The notes: generated by a model not told the origin, from the sequence alone. A stretch of 64,000 nucleotides of DNA from an uncultured Methanosarcinaceae archaeon (GCA_963833425.1 CAWHXP010000011.1:64001-128000); one strand, 5' to 3'; positions 34,131 through 47,266 are shown, numbered from the stretch's first letter. Numbers and translations are program-made.

Positions 34131-35963
34131 ATGAAAAAATATTTCGAGATAAAAAAAATTGTAAATATGAAAGCAAGAATGTTAATAATTAGTGGAATAT
34201 GCATTTTATTTTTAGTTATAGGTTCATCTATAGCAATACCATATAAAGGATTCTTAGATTGTAACAAATCATTTGATATTAAAAAAAATATCGTAAATCA
34301 TACTGAGTTTTCTCCAAAGCTTGAATTTGCACCAGAAAATCCTGAGTTTGTAAAATATCAGAGGAATATAGTTTATAATCCAGTGAATTTTTATTCTCTG
34401 GATAAATATAGAACAGGCTTTATACCGGCACCTGTGGATCTTCGTCATCTAAGTACACATAGCCGTCCCCTGCTTGGTAGCAGTATTTCTGGGACAAATA
34501 TATCTACACCAACTCACTATGACTTGCGGGAACTAAACAGAATTACCCACGTGAAAGATCAGGGGAATGCAGGGAATTGTTGGGCATTTGCAACCTATGC
34601 GTCTCTTGAATCATACTTAATGCCGCTAGAAAATTGGGATTTCTCGGAAAATAATTTAAAAAACTTGCTTTCTCCTGCTTCTCCGGAAGGGTTTGATTTA
34701 AACGAAGGTGGGAACATGTTTATGTCAACTGCTTACCTGACTCGCTGGAACGGACCTATCGCTGGAAAAAGTGATCCTTATAATGATTCATCAAGCTATT
34801 CTACCAGCGAGCTTAGCCTTCCTTTAAAGAAACATGTACAAAATGTACTTTTCCTTCCAGATAGGCACGGTTCTCTGGACAATGAGGAAATAAAACGGGC
34901 AGTTCAGAACTATGGAGCTGTATGGACCACATTGTATTATAATCCCACTTCTTATTCCTCAACCAAGCACAATTATTACTATAAAGGGACCTCAAGCCCT
35001 AACCATGCAGTGGCTATTGTGGGTTGGAATGACTCTTTTGATAAGAACAATTTCTCCCAGGTTCCGCCAGGAAATGGAGCATTTATCGTGAAAAATAGCT
35101 GGGGTCCACTTTGGGGTGATGATGGATATTTCTATGTTTCTTATTATGATTCGTCTATAGGAAGTGCTAATAATGGGGTTTTTACAGCTGAAAATACTGG
35201 TAATTATAAACACATCTATCAGTACGACCCTCTCGGATGGACAGGTAACTTTGGATATGGCAGCCAAACTGGTTGGTGCGCAAACATCTTTACTGCAAAA
35301 TCTAGCGAAGTCCTCGAAGCAGTAAGTTTCTATGCAACAGATTCAAACTGCAACTACAAAATATACATTTACACTAATCCAAGTTCCACACCCATTAGTC
35401 AAGATGATCCGGTTCTTACCCAGAGTGGTGTAATTCCCATGTCAGGCTACCACACAGTTAATCTAAATTCGGGAGTTCAGCTCAAAGCTAACCAAAAATT
35501 TTCCGTAGTCTTGAAGCTTACAAACTCTAAATACAATTACCCAATTGCAGTAGAATCACCGGTCTCGGGATATAGTGGTAAAGCAAAAGCAAATGCAGGA
35601 GAAAGTTTCGTCAGTTCGAATGGAAATTCTTGGACAGATATAACAAAAGATTCAGGTTACTCAAATACGAATGTGTGCATCAAGGCCTTCACAGATACTG
35701 GAAATATATCGAATGTTGCCGATTTTTTTGCAGCCCCTACATCCGGGAACGTACCACTCGATGTTGTGTTTACTGACAAAAGTACAGGATCACCAATTTC
35801 ATGGTACTGGGACTTTGGAGACGGAACATACTCAACAATCCAGAACCCAAAGCACAATTATTCAGCAACAGGAAATTACACAGTGTCACTTACAGAAACA
35901 AATGCCGGAGGTAATAATACGATAACAAAACCTCACAATATAACAGTGACGGCAGCTACTTAA
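34131..35963 (+). CDS. Secreted papain-family (C1A) cysteine protease with lectin-like and PKD domains
   Basis: Signal peptide; DQGNAGNCWAF, NHAVAIVGW, KNSWG; IYQYDPLGW domain; PKD motif FTDKSTG.PISWYWDFGDG. Confidence 0.93.
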   Translation: MKKYFEIKKIVNMKARMLIISGICILFLVIGSSIAIPYKGFLDCNKSFDIKKNIVNHTEFSPKLEFAPENPEFVKYQRNIVYNPVNFYSLDKYRTGFIPAPVDLRHLSTHSRPLLGSSISGTNISTPTHYDLRELNRITHVKDQGNAGNCWAFATYASLESYLMPLENWDFSENNLKNLLSPASPEGFDLNEGGNMFMSTAYLTRWNGPIAGKSDPYNDSSSYSTSELSLPLKKHVQNVLFLPDRHGSLDNEEIKRAVQNYGAVWTTLYYNPTSYSSTKHNYYYKGTSSPNHAVAIVGWNDSFDKNNFSQVPPGNGAFIVKNSWGPLWGDDGYFYVSYYDSSIGSANNGVFTAENTGNYKHIYQYDPLGWTGNFGYGSQTGWCANIFTAKSSEVLEAVSFYATDSNCNYKIYIYTNPSSTPISQDDPVLTQSGVIPMSGYHTVNLNSGVQLKANQKFSVVLKLTNSKYNYPIAVESPVSGYSGKAKANAGESFVSSNGNSWTDITKDSGYSNTNVCIKAFTDTGNISNVADFFAAPTSGNVPLDVVFTDKSTGSPISWYWDFGDGTYSTIQNPKHNYSATGNYTVSLTETNAGGNNTITKPHNITVTAAT

Positions 35964-37512
35964 TAAACTTGCTGTATACAACGTACCGAAGACTCTGTGA
36001 AATATAATAGACTCTGTATCCATTTCATCTCACCACAAAAAGATGCCTAGTAGATTGTAAATGCTGTCAAATTTATAAAAAATAATCTTACTTATCAGGA
36101 AAGTGAAATTAATCATCTAATTACGTAATTTTTAACCTTTTAAGGGGAAAAAACTCTACTCAAATCAAGTACAGAATGTCGTGCGGAAGCTGATTATCTT
36201 AAAGGTCGTAAAAACAGCTGCAAACATAGATCTCTCTAAACTAAATTTGAGAAACTCGAATTGGTAAAGCCAATTCTAAGAATTTTTCATCGAAAATTAA
36301 ATATTTTGGTGATTCTGATTAAGTTGAGAACTTATAAAATATGGTTGATGACCTGAAAAAATATGATTAATGATTTTATGGCTTCTTGGTGTCTAAAATT
36401 TTCATCATATACGGATATAAGCGCCTCATGTAAACATTAACTAAGTAGTTATCTTTCAAAATATTGATTTATTCTATGCTCACGAAAAATAATGATGTTT
36501 GAATCATAGATCCAAGCGAAAATGATGTCCAGGCTTAAGAGTAATTCATGAAAATATATAACTTTGGATCTTCTTAAGTGGGTTCTCCGGGAAAAAAAAA
36601 TGGTGCGCTCACAATTGAAAAAATGAAACAATCAAAGTAATCTCATCCAGAATCCCAGAACATTCTAGGATTTATCAAAATGAAGGTAGAAAGCTCAGTG
36701 TTTTAATTGTAGAGTGAATGCCGTCACTTTTTTATCCAGCGTTTTTGATAGAAATATTTTTCAATATTTAGCCACTAATTGACATATAATCTGAATTAGT
36801 ATAATTTATTGTGCTTATATGGAAGTCAAAAATCAAAGCAAGAAATAGAAAAGTAATAAGCATTAATGTATAGTTGTCAGTACCATGTAACCTTTCGTCC
36901 AAAAACAGAGAATCATTACTTAAATGCAAGAAACTATGAGACTCAAAGAATTTATCTTAGAAAAACAAAAAAATTTGATTATGAAGTTCTTGACATGGAG
37001 AAATCACATTTCATGTGAATTTGCTATTAGATGTAGATTCAAAAATAATAGTCTATTCATCAGTATAAAATAAGAAAATATACATAGAAGCAGTTGAAAT
37101 TAGAATTTCTCGAACTAAAATAGAGGCTACCTATATTATAGACTTTATCAAAGCCCATATCTACAACTGATTCTGTAACTCTTAATGTGTAAAAAGCATA
37201 ATGGGAGGCAGAAGAACAAACGATTACCACATATAAATAAAACACAATGGAGGTTGCAGATCCTCCATCCAAAAATTTTAACATTTCTGCATCTTTTTTG
37301 ATGAATTTAAGAAAAAGGCTGAAAAAAGCCTATTTTTTCTCGAATCCATAGAATGAAGTGGGCAAAGGTTCGAAAATGCTAAAACAGTGACAAAAAAAAT
37401 CAAAATTTATTTCATGGATGCCAGAAAAGCAAATGTATATAAGTTCTATCCTGTATTATCGAAGGCGGTGACAAAAAAACAGAGGAAAAGGACTTAAAGG
37501 AGACAATAAGCC

Positions 37513-39156
37513 TTGAAAAACATTTTTATTCTTGGAATCGAAGGCACTGCTTGGAATTTTAGTGCAGCAATCGTAAACGAGACCGAGATTATTGTTGAGG
37601 TTACAGAAACGTATAAACCCGAAATCGGAGGAATACATCCCCGAGAAGCCGCTCAGCACCATGCAAAATATGCGGCCAGCGTAATCAAAAGACTCCTTAT
37701 AAAGGCAAAAGAAAAAGGAGTCGAGTCTTCGTGTATTAACGGAATAGCTTTTTCACAAGGACCTGGAATGGGACCATGCTTGAGAACGGTCGCGACAGCG
37801 GCCAGAATGCTTTCCCTTTCCCTAGGCATTCCCTTAATAGGAGTTAACCACTGCATCGCCCACATAGAAATAGGCATCTGGAAAACACTAACAAAAGATC
37901 CAGTTATCCTTTATGTAAGCGGAGCCAATTCGCAGGTTATCTCCTATATGGGAGGAAGGTATAGAATTTTTGGAGAGACTTTGGATATAGGACTCGGGAA
38001 TGCCCTTGATAAATTTGTGAGAGGAGCTGGCTTGCAACATCCCGGAGGACCAAAGATTGAGGCATACGCGAAAAACGCAAAAAAGTATATTCCGCTCCCT
38101 TATGTTGTAAAGGGAATGGACCTTTCCTTTTCAGGGCTCGCAACGGCTGCCAGTGAAGCCCTAAAAACAACTCCCCTTGAAGATGTCTGTTATTCTTATC
38201 AGGAAACTGCTTTTGCAATGGTTGTGGAAGTTGTAGAGCGTGCTCTTGCTCATACAGGAAAAAAAGAGGTGCTTCTGGCAGGAGGAGTCGGAGCAAATAC
38301 AAGGCTTCGAGAGATGTTAAACGAAATGTGCAAGGCCAGAGGAGCAAAATTTTATGCGCCAGAAAAATGTTTCATGGGAGATAATGGAACCATGATCGCG
38401 TATACAGGTCTTCTGATGTATAAGTCAGGAAATACGCTCACACTTGAAAATTCCAGGGTAAATCCAAGTTTCAGGACTGACGAGGTAAATGTTACATGGA
38501 TTAGAGAAAAAGAAATGAAAAAAATCCCTGAAATTTCCCCCGAGGATTTCTTCAGAATTCCTCCAGGAGAAATGTTAGAAAGCGGGGCTGAAGCTGTTGT
38601 ATATCTGGAAAAAGGACCTGAAGGAAAAAAAGTTCTTGTTAAAGAAAGAATTCAGAAAATTTACAGGCATAAAGAGATAGATGAAATTATCAGGAAAGAA
38701 AGAAACCGTACCGAAGCTAAATTAATGTCTGAAGCACGAAGCTTTGGGATTTCGACACCTATCATCTATGATGTAGAAGATTTCAAGCTCAAAATGCAAT
38801 ACATAGAAGGAGTTCCCATAAAATATCTTATCACTCCTGAAATATCTAAAAACGTGGGAAAACTTGTCGGAAAACTTCATAATTCAGGTATAGTACACGG
38901 GGACCTAACCACCTCAAATCTCATGCTTGCAGGTAAGAAACTTTATCTTCTGGACTTCGGACTCGCTTATTTCGATAAAGGCCTGGAAGCCAGAGGTGTC
39001 GACGTCCATGTGCTTTTTCAGACTTTTGAGAGCACACACAGTAACCACAAAGCTCTTATCGAAGCATTCAAAAAAGGGTACCAAAGTGCTTTTATAGATT
39101 CAGAGGATGTACTCAAGCGAGTAGGAGAGATTAAAAAGAGAGCTCGCTATGCATAA
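37513..39156 (+). CDS. kae1: Bifunctional tRNA t6A biosynthesis protein Kae1 / Bud32 kinase (KEOPS)
   Basis: ILGIEGTA, GGIHPREAAQHH, NHCIAHIE, DNGTMIA; kinase part GAEAVVY, HGDLTTSN and DFGL. Confidence 0.97.
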   Translation: MKNIFILGIEGTAWNFSAAIVNETEIIVEVTETYKPEIGGIHPREAAQHHAKYAASVIKRLLIKAKEKGVESSCINGIAFSQGPGMGPCLRTVATAARMLSLSLGIPLIGVNHCIAHIEIGIWKTLTKDPVILYVSGANSQVISYMGGRYRIFGETLDIGLGNALDKFVRGAGLQHPGGPKIEAYAKNAKKYIPLPYVVKGMDLSFSGLATAASEALKTTPLEDVCYSYQETAFAMVVEVVERALAHTGKKEVLLAGGVGANTRLREMLNEMCKARGAKFYAPEKCFMGDNGTMIAYTGLLMYKSGNTLTLENSRVNPSFRTDEVNVTWIREKEMKKIPEISPEDFFRIPPGEMLESGAEAVVYLEKGPEGKKVLVKERIQKIYRHKEIDEIIRKERNRTEAKLMSEARSFGISTPIIYDVEDFKLKMQYIEGVPIKYLITPEISKNVGKLVGKLHNSGIVHGDLTTSNLMLAGKKLYLLDFGLAYFDKGLEARGVDVHVLFQTFESTHSNHKALIEAFKKGYQSAFIDSEDVLKRVGEIKKRARYA

Positions 39157-39703
39157 GATCGTTTTTGTTACGGGAAATAAGGACAAGTTTACAGAGGTAA
39201 GGGATATTCTCAAAACTCTTGGAGTCGAAGTAATTCAGGACAAAAATGGCTATCCTGAGCTTCAGGAAGATGAACTTGAACCTATTGCAGCCTATGGAGC
39301 ACTACATGCTGCAAATAAACTGAACATGCCTGTAATGGTTGATGATTCCGGAATATTCATAAAAGTTTTAAATGGCTTTCCAGGCCCATATTCTCGCTTT
39401 GTGGAAGATAAACTCGGAAACCTGAAAGTGCTCAAGCTGATGGAAAAAGAAGAAGACAGGACAGCTTACTTTAAGACAGTAATCGGATACTGCGAACCTG
39501 GGAAAGAGCCTCTTGTTTTTTCAGGCGTTGTGAAAGGTGAGATAGCCCATGAAGAGCGAGGCACGGGCGGCTTTGGGTACGACCCTATTTTTGAATATCA
39601 GGGTATTACTTTCGGAGAACTGAGATATGACGAGAAGAACGAGGTTTCACATCGTAGAATGGCTATTAATAAGTTTCTAGAATGGTTTAATAATATTGAT
39701 TAA
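39149..39703 (+). CDS. rdgB: dITP/XTP pyrophosphatase (HAM1 family)
   Basis: TGNKDKF, DDSG, FPGPYS, GFGYDPIF and KNEVSHR motifs. Confidence 0.95.
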   Translation: MHKIVFVTGNKDKFTEVRDILKTLGVEVIQDKNGYPELQEDELEPIAAYGALHAANKLNMPVMVDDSGIFIKVLNGFPGPYSRFVEDKLGNLKVLKLMEKEEDRTAYFKTVIGYCEPGKEPLVFSGVVKGEIAHEERGTGGFGYDPIFEYQGITFGELRYDEKNEVSHRRMAINKFLEWFNNID

Positions 39704-40488
39704 AAGACGTGAATCTGCAGAAAAATTCCCTGCAGGAGGATCTAAATTTTTGTCACAGTACCTATTTAAATTAATTACAAGAAAAATAATTTCTAAACGA
39801 AAAATGATTTCGTATAAAATTTTTCAAATCAAAAAACAATTAAATATTAAGAATGATTTTTTATTATTTCCGAAGTCTTTAGAATCTAATATTATGTTTT
39901 TCCTAATATAAGACTTGATTGATTAAAGTTTCAATATTTAAATCCTAATAATACCGCAACTCTCTTAGTATCTAGGCCTTTCCATCCAACTTGTGGCCAC
40001 CATTTCAAATAGGTAATAGTTACTAAAATAAACACCTGGTAGGCCACTGATAAGCTCAAGACAAGGTTTTCATACAATGGCATTAGGAAGAAAGCTTGCT
40101 ACCACAAATTCGATCCTAGCATCGCTAAATTCATTGGTTTTTCAAAAAATTAGGGTGTACCTGGTTGGTTAGTGGTTTAGGTGAATGTTTGGTAGATAGT
40201 TGGGTAAAAGTAGCAGGGATCTTAGTAGTGATTGTGATAAAGAACATGATGATTTCTTTTCTGCCATTTCTTTATCACCAGTTATGGATTAATGGTATAC
40301 TATAACCGCGCCTTAAGACTATCATTAATCAACAACAGTGAATCATTTTTTAATTTGTTTGTTTTCAGCTTTAAAACACAATTATCTTCAAGTTTATTTT
40401 AAATGAATGATAATAAAAATTGCTTCTGAATGAAATTTATTTCGATATAAAATATTTTAAAGTCTAACAACAATTAAATATTAATTAT

Positions 40489-41624
40489 AGAGGATTTCGA
40501 TAAACTTCGGATTTTATTGCTTAGCAGGGATTTCTCATATCTTCCCCTCAATTTCTCTATTTAATTCCTCTTTTTGGCTTTACTTATTCTCAATTCTTTG
40601 ATTTTAAAGATAGCTTCCGCTATCTTCATTATACTTTTTTTATTTTCAATGTCCTCAATTGATGGAGATTATAACAAAAAGCCGTACACAACATTTTTAG
40701 ATTTACTAGTTTAACAGTAGTAACAAAAACTCTCCCTGCTTTGAAAATTTCTTTCGTTACTGAATAAACTCTTTCCCCTGTGACTCTTTTTAAGCTAATT
40801 CTCTTATTTCTTAATATATCATTTATTCCCAGCGTATGTCCTTTGACTGCTCTTTTCATTGTTGCACTATACCCTTTCGTTTTTGCTCCAAAGTATCCTT
40901 TGTCCCTATAAACCACTTCATTTTCCTCTGTCACATCTACATACGAATCATTTACTGACGCAGTTGTTGTTTTGAATCTTCTGATCAGCTAATAATCTCT
41001 GACTATTATATTATGAAACTTATATCCAAAGTGAGACTTACCTCCCTTCTTTGTCCATGTTCTGTCTCTGCTTATTCTTGTTTTTGCCTCATCTCTCTGC
41101 TTTTGCATGTCCTGGATCTGAATGGATAAAAGTAGAATCCTGAATCATTCCCTGCTTTATCGGTAAACCCAGAGCATCAAGTTGGCTTTGCAACTTTCCC
41201 CATATTTTCTTTGAAATTCTCGATAATTCTCTCCCTAAATAGCCATATAGTAGTACTGTCAGGTATGTATTCCGGAAATCCAAGGAATTTCCTAAAAGAA
41301 ATTCGATCTATACACTGTTTCTCAAGTTCAAAATCAGAGAGCCCATGCCATTGTTGTAAAACAAGCATTTTGAACATCACAATGACATCAGTTTCAGGTC
41401 TCCCTCATGAAACGGTTTTGTTGATACACATAGACTCAAGAATAATACGAAACGCTTTCCAATCAATTAAGGAAGCAATTTCAGCAAGCTTATCTCCAAC
41501 AGATTCAAGACGTTTATACTCTTATTTAAGAGAAAAATCAGTAAGAGTTTTCATGAATATAGATAAATATTGACAAATTTAAAGTCAACCATGCTCAAGA
41601 GCATGGAGGTTATCGAAATTCGCT
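40489..41624 (-). mobile_element. IS5-family element (~1.14 kb) with disrupted transposase
   Basis: TIRs AGAGGATTTCGATAAAC / GGTTATCGAAATTCGCT in TA-rich flanks; fragments KMLVLQQWHGLSD, PDSTTIW.FRE, IQDSTFI and YRDKGYFG. Confidence 0.92.
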
Positions 41625-41743
41625 ATATTTTAATTATTCCCGAAGATCAAAACATTCTGAACATGGTGACTATTGAGAGTCACTAGCTCTCGATTTATAG
41701 TGAAGACATTGTCCAATCTTCACATAGGAATTGAGGTATTATT

Positions 41744-42635
41744 ATGGAACTAGCAACATTGATACTACACTTGTTAAAAGGCTAGTGTAGTACTCACAAT
41801 ATTTGCCCTTGGGCTCAGCACGAAGCCACAGGACACGACATATCTTTTCCACAGGCCTGAGAAAGTTATTGAGATCTTTCCTGTCGATGAACGTTGTCAT
41901 GCCGCTATTCACGGCAATTGTGATTGCAATTTTCCATCTGCATCCGGTTGTGAAGATAACACTGATCGCTCTGGCAGTGTCTCCCATTCCACCCCTGCTC
42001 CCAAAAAGGGTGTTAAAGGCGGAGGGAGATGCTTCTTACACAATCGGCCTACTTGTCACAGCTTCTTTGTTCGCGCTCATCTTCGTACCGTTGGCCGTGC
42101 ACCTGCTGAGGATAGCTTTTGGTATCTCCGCGAAAATATCTCATACAGAGGTCATGTTGATCGTGGGAATTACCTCGCTAGCTCCGTTGGTAGCTGGCAT
42201 GTTAGTTCGATAGATATCTTTTTCCTTCGCCGAGAGAATCACGAAGCCAATTTCTCTTAGCGCTGCAATCCTCCTCATAAGCGTCACACCTATATTACTC
42301 ATCAGTATGCCGATTGTCGTTCGATGATAGGCAATGGCACGCAGATCTCCATCGTAGCATTCATTATCGTAGGACTCACAGTCGGCCATCTGCCAGGTGG
42401 ACCTAAGCCGGAGCACCGGACTGTGCTAGCGCTTACGGCATCTTCCAAGCATCCCGGAATTGCGATTGCCAGCACTATTTATCCTGAGAAAAATCTCGTG
42501 ATAGCGACCATTATTTTATACTTGTTCATGAATATAATTATATCATTTCCATACCTTATATGGTCAAAGCTTCGGAACACGAAGATGGGATTCATCCTAA
42601 TTTGTGATGCAGACAATGGAGAAAATAAAAAATAG
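41744..42635 (+). pseudogene. Na+-dependent (bile acid:sodium symporter-like) transporter, disrupted
   Basis: Hydrophobic fragments SMNVVMPL, ALAVSPIPPLLP and GGPKPEHRTVLAL...HPGIA split by stops and frameshifts. Confidence 0.7.
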
Positions 42636-42680
42636 CGGAGAGTGGGAGGAATAAATCATTTGGAACTAGGAAGTGTATAA

Positions 42681-43813
42681 GTGGCTGATACTGAACATAT
42701 TCTACTATTTGGCACAGCTTTCTTGAAGCTAATCATTATTCTATTAGTTACCATTAGGATCATAATAATAACTCGATTAATTCTGAACCAGTTGGTCTGG
42801 CCAGCAGTCAAAAGAACAAAACCAGGAGCTATCGATAAAATCTTCCACCTTTTAGAAATCATCCTACCGAGTTTCATCATTCTGCTAGGCATACAAGCCG
42901 CAGTAAGGATGTTCAGTGAGTCTTATAGTACCTATACAAAACTCATAAATGATTCCTTTTTCCTTATTTATTTGAGTATAGGGACATATATTATTCTTAG
43001 TTTAATATCCATTACTTCAGACTGGTATTTATCGAGGGTGCACCTGTACAATCTGAAAGAAATTAATCTGGAAGAAATCGATCACCGAACTGTTCGCTCT
43101 ATATAATATATGTTTCAGCTGATTTTTTTGTCTTTGTCATAATATTGCTTCTTGAGCATTTCGAAATCACAACGACTACACTTCATGAATCAATTACGCT
43201 CTAGGTATAGGAGGCATTATAATTGGACTTGCAGCCCAAAATACACTTGCTGACCTAATTGCCGGGATTGCAATTTCTATTGACCGCCCCTTCAGAATTG
43301 GAGATCGTATACTGATTGAAAAACTAGATACATGGGGAGATGTAATAGATATCACCTGGCGGTCAACTCGGAATTTAACTAGGGATAACCGTCAGGTAGC
43401 AATATCCAATTCTGTAATATGCAAGGAACTTATCACGAATTATTCCCTACCTGACACGATGTTTCGTGTTGAGATCTTTGTCATTGTATATTATGTCCAG
43501 GATATAGAGCACTAGCGAAATCTGATTCTTGAGTATCTGGAGAAAGAAGACTGGATAACGCATGATAAACCGATACAGGTACTTTTAGCAGGGTTTAAGA
43601 ATTTGGAGTGCAGTTCAAAGTCAGATGCTGGATAGAAAACTATGTGACACAAAAATTTCCGAGGATCGGCTCAACACGACAATTTACAAAGCTCTGATAG
43701 CTGCAGGTATTGCAATGGCAAGACGGACTTCGTATGTTATCATGTATTTTACTGACTTGAAAAATGAGTCGATAATTTCCAGACAGGGGAACGATTTCAA
43801 GAACAGAAAGTAG
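42681..43813 (+). pseudogene. Small-conductance mechanosensitive channel (MscS family), disrupted
   Basis: Frame at ~43200-43450 reads LGIGGIIIGLAAQNTLADLIAG...DRPFRIGDRI...GDVIDITWRST; several frameshifts. Confidence 0.85.
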
Positions 43814-44181
43814 TTTAAGAAAAAGGTAAAAAATACAATGGATCGCAATAACCTCTTTTTCAATTATTGAACTCATCTCAAACTTGATTAGATTTCATTT
43901 TTTTTATTTTTTTTCTTATCATGAGCGCAGGGGTCGACTACTATGTAAAAAATAAACTATTGTGAGACGATTTAAGACATTTTCTTTAGTGAGGCAATAT
44001 CTATAAAGGATATATTGAAAAAACTGACTAGTTGGACTGAGATTAAGCCAGAGTTTAGATAAAATGTGCAAATTCGAGTAATAATCTGCCTATGTTATAT
44101 CTTCAATTTATAAGCCCACAAAAGTTTTCTGCGGATGTTGCTGGAAGGGGGAAAGCAACCAAAGCGCCAAACATCACCTAT

Positions 44182-46528
44182 TCACTGCCGAGCCATGAGA
44201 ATACGCATCTCAGCCTCCTGATCTTCTATCAGCTGGCCGCTTACATCCACGGTCACGTTGTGGATCTTGCCTGTGAACTCAAATGGAGGCTTATAGTCCG
44301 GTGTGACTGGTGATCTATGGGCTGAGCCACATGCTACCCCGCCGGTTAGCCCGAATATAAGCGGACTAGTCACGGGTACATCAGCTTGACCAACCAACTT
44401 TCCATCTATAAAAAGCGTAGCAATTCCAGGTGAGCCCTTCCCATGAGCAATATCAGGGTTATCAGTAACTTCGAACTTAAACCCGAGTTGATGTCTCCCT
44501 GCAGGAACATTCTCATTTGACTCTACATAGTAAAAGGCTCTAGACACATAGTTGTGCACCCAATGAAGCTTCCCGTCTTTGATATAAAATGAAAAACCGC
44601 CATCTATACCACCATGAGAGAGCAAGATTCCTTCAGCACCTTCTTCGGGGATCTCTACATCGGCTATGATACAGTGGGAGCGGTTGAGAACTTTGACTAC
44701 TGCATTTGCAGAAATCTCCTGAGTTCCCGGATAATATGTGTAACGCGTTCGATTGATTGCTATACTTGGCCTCTCAACGGCAGCACGCTGAACTCCACGA
44801 CCATCGATAGGTAGCACATTATATTTTCCGGCTTCTGCATACCAGGTGGCAATCATCTCGATTAACTTCGATCGATTCTCTGCAGCCACATTATAGTTCT
44901 CTGCCCAATCCTTCTCAACATGATAAAGCTCCCAGCCTTTTGCATCCAGCTCAGTCAATGTATCTGCTGAAATCGGTTCTCCAAAAGGTTTTCCTGCTTC
45001 AGTGAACGACGGACCAGGCCACGGACATACTGCACGCCAGCCGTCATGATACAGAGAGCGGTGCCCCATCATCTCGAAGTATTGGGTGTGGTGCTTGGTT
45101 GGTGCGTTGGCATCGCCAAATGTATGTGCAAAACTTACCCCTTCGATAGGTGATTGGCTTACACCTTTGATTATTGTCGGAGGCTCAATTCCCAGGCATT
45201 CCAGAACTGTAGGTACCATATCAATAGTGTGAGCATACTGAGTCCGAATTTCGCCTTTGGCTTTAATTCCTTTGGGCCAGTGGACAATAAAGGGATCACT
45301 GATACCACCACGGTAGGTTTCTCGTTTCCAACGGCTAAATGGTGTGTTTCCGGCCCAGGTCCAGCCCCAAGCATAATGGTTGAAGGTCTCTGGTCCCCCA
45401 AGTTTATCCAAGGCTGCGAGATTTTCCTCTAGAGACTCAGGCACATTGTTGAAAAACTTGTTCTCATTAATTGATCCCGTAGGACCTCCTTCGGAGCTTG
45501 CCCCGTTATCAGAAATTACCATGATCAACGTATTTTTGAACTCATTAATATCTTTTAGAAACTGCAACAACCGACCAATGTGATAATCTGTGTGTTCTAG
45601 GAATCCGGCAAAGACTTCCATCATACGGGCATATAGTTTCTTCTCCTCAGGGGAGCATTTGTCCCAAGGTTTAACATCAGGATCATGGCGAGATAGCTTG
45701 GTTTCTTTTGGGACAATACCCAGTTCCTTCTGCCGGGCTAATGTCTTCTCTCGATAAGCGTCCCAACAACTATCGAACTTACCGCTATATTTATCTGCCC
45801 ATTCCTTAGGAACATGATGAGGAGCATGCGTGGCACCTGGACAGAAGTACATAAAAAAAGGTTTGCTGGGTGCGATTTGTTTGGAATCAGCAATGAATTG
45901 GATAGCCCTATTCACTATATCCTCATTCAAGGTGTAGCCCTCTTCTGGAGTTTTGGGAGGGGCTATGGAATGATTATCATAGATCAGTTCAGGATAATAC
46001 TGGTTTGTATCACCTCCTAAAAAACCGTAAAAGCGCTCAAAACCTCTTCCCAAAGGCCATCGGTCATAGGGCCCAGCCGCAGACATCTGTTCTGCAGGCG
46101 TCATATGCCATTTGCCAATTGCATAGGTATTGTAACCATGCTGCAGAAGCATCTCAGACAAAAAACCGTTATCAAAAGGTATATTACCGTTATAGCCTGG
46201 ATAGCCAGTTGAGCCTTCAGTGATACATGCCATATTGTTTGAATGATGGTTTCGGCCGGTAATTATGCACGAACGGCTAGGGAGCACAGCGCAGTTGTAT
46301 GCATATTGCTGTAAGCGAGACCATCCGCAGCCAAACTATCAAGGTTGGGTGTATGTATAGGGCTACCATAGCATCCAAGTTGTCCAAATCCTGTGTCGTC
46401 CAGTACAATGAACAGTACGTTAGAGCACCCTCTTTAGAACGCTGTGGTTCTGGCCAAGCTGGCTCCGACTCGTCCACTGTGCGCCCGATTACACCTGGAA
46501 AAGTAGTTCCCGGTTTATATTCTTTCAT
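44182..46528 (-). CDS. Arylsulfatase (formylglycine-dependent sulfatase family), frameshifts at ~46423 and ~46281
   Basis: Restoring two missing Cs gives PNVLFIVLDDTGFG and TTALCSPSRSCIITGRNHH (CxPxR). Downstream GKWH, ATHAPHH and SDNG motifs. Confidence 0.9.
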
Positions 46529-46712
46529 TGACACATCTTTTTCCTCCAATAGTTAATTGGTCTATTGAAAAAAAATTTGTCTGGTTATCAATATTGAAAA
46601 AGCTAAAGTGTTTTATTCATCAATTTTTGATCTATCCAGTTCAAATTGAAAAAATATTTAGTTTAATTATATTAAATTAACTATTAGCAAATTGTTTTTG
46701 AAATAAATAGTC

Positions 46713-46984
46713 TTGTACCTTGCCATAAAAAATGTTAATATTGTAGCTAATTCTACTATCTCCCTTGCTGATGGAGTTGCAAAGTATTTGAGTTCCGGAA
46801 AACTGGAAAATGATTCCATGCTCCAAGAGCGTCTCCTTGCTGAAATGAAGAATCATTCCAACATTATTAGCATCGTTGTTGCATATTTTCCCGCTGCTAA
46901 TGCCGGGAAGCTTTATGCACCCCATGTCAAGAGAAACGATTCAGAAGTCGTATATGATCCGCTCAAATATAACTACACGAAGGA
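46713..46984 (+). pseudogene. Fragment of an extracytoplasmic sensor (Cache-like) domain cut by an IS6-type end
   Basis: Protein-like frame (...GKLYAPHV...YDPLKYNYT) stops abruptly at the IS6 TIR CCGTTGCAAAA. Confidence 0.4.
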
Positions 46985-47266
46985 GAGGCCGTTGCAAAAA
47001 ATCTGGCTTTCTTGCAAAATCAGAAAAAAACCTTCAAAATTAGGAAATTTAATCATTTTAATTAGAAAGAAAATTACACATAACGGTGAAAATTATAGTT
47101 TCAAATTGCAGAAATATTATTTTTGCAACAGAACCCCATCTTACATTCAATAGGATAATTTCTCCTTCATAATGCTTCCATTTAAAGGAATTAGATAGCA
47201 TATTACTATCTTTGATTTTCTTTTTATTCTATTGTATCAGTAGAAAGGATTTTTTGCAACGGAACC
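46985..47266. mobile_element. IS6-type MITE (46985-47135) abutting an IS6 left-end fragment (47136-47266)
   Basis: CCGTTGCAAAA...TTTTGCAACAGAACC, followed by ~130 bp matching the IS6 left end and ending TTTGCAACGGAACC. Confidence 0.82.
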
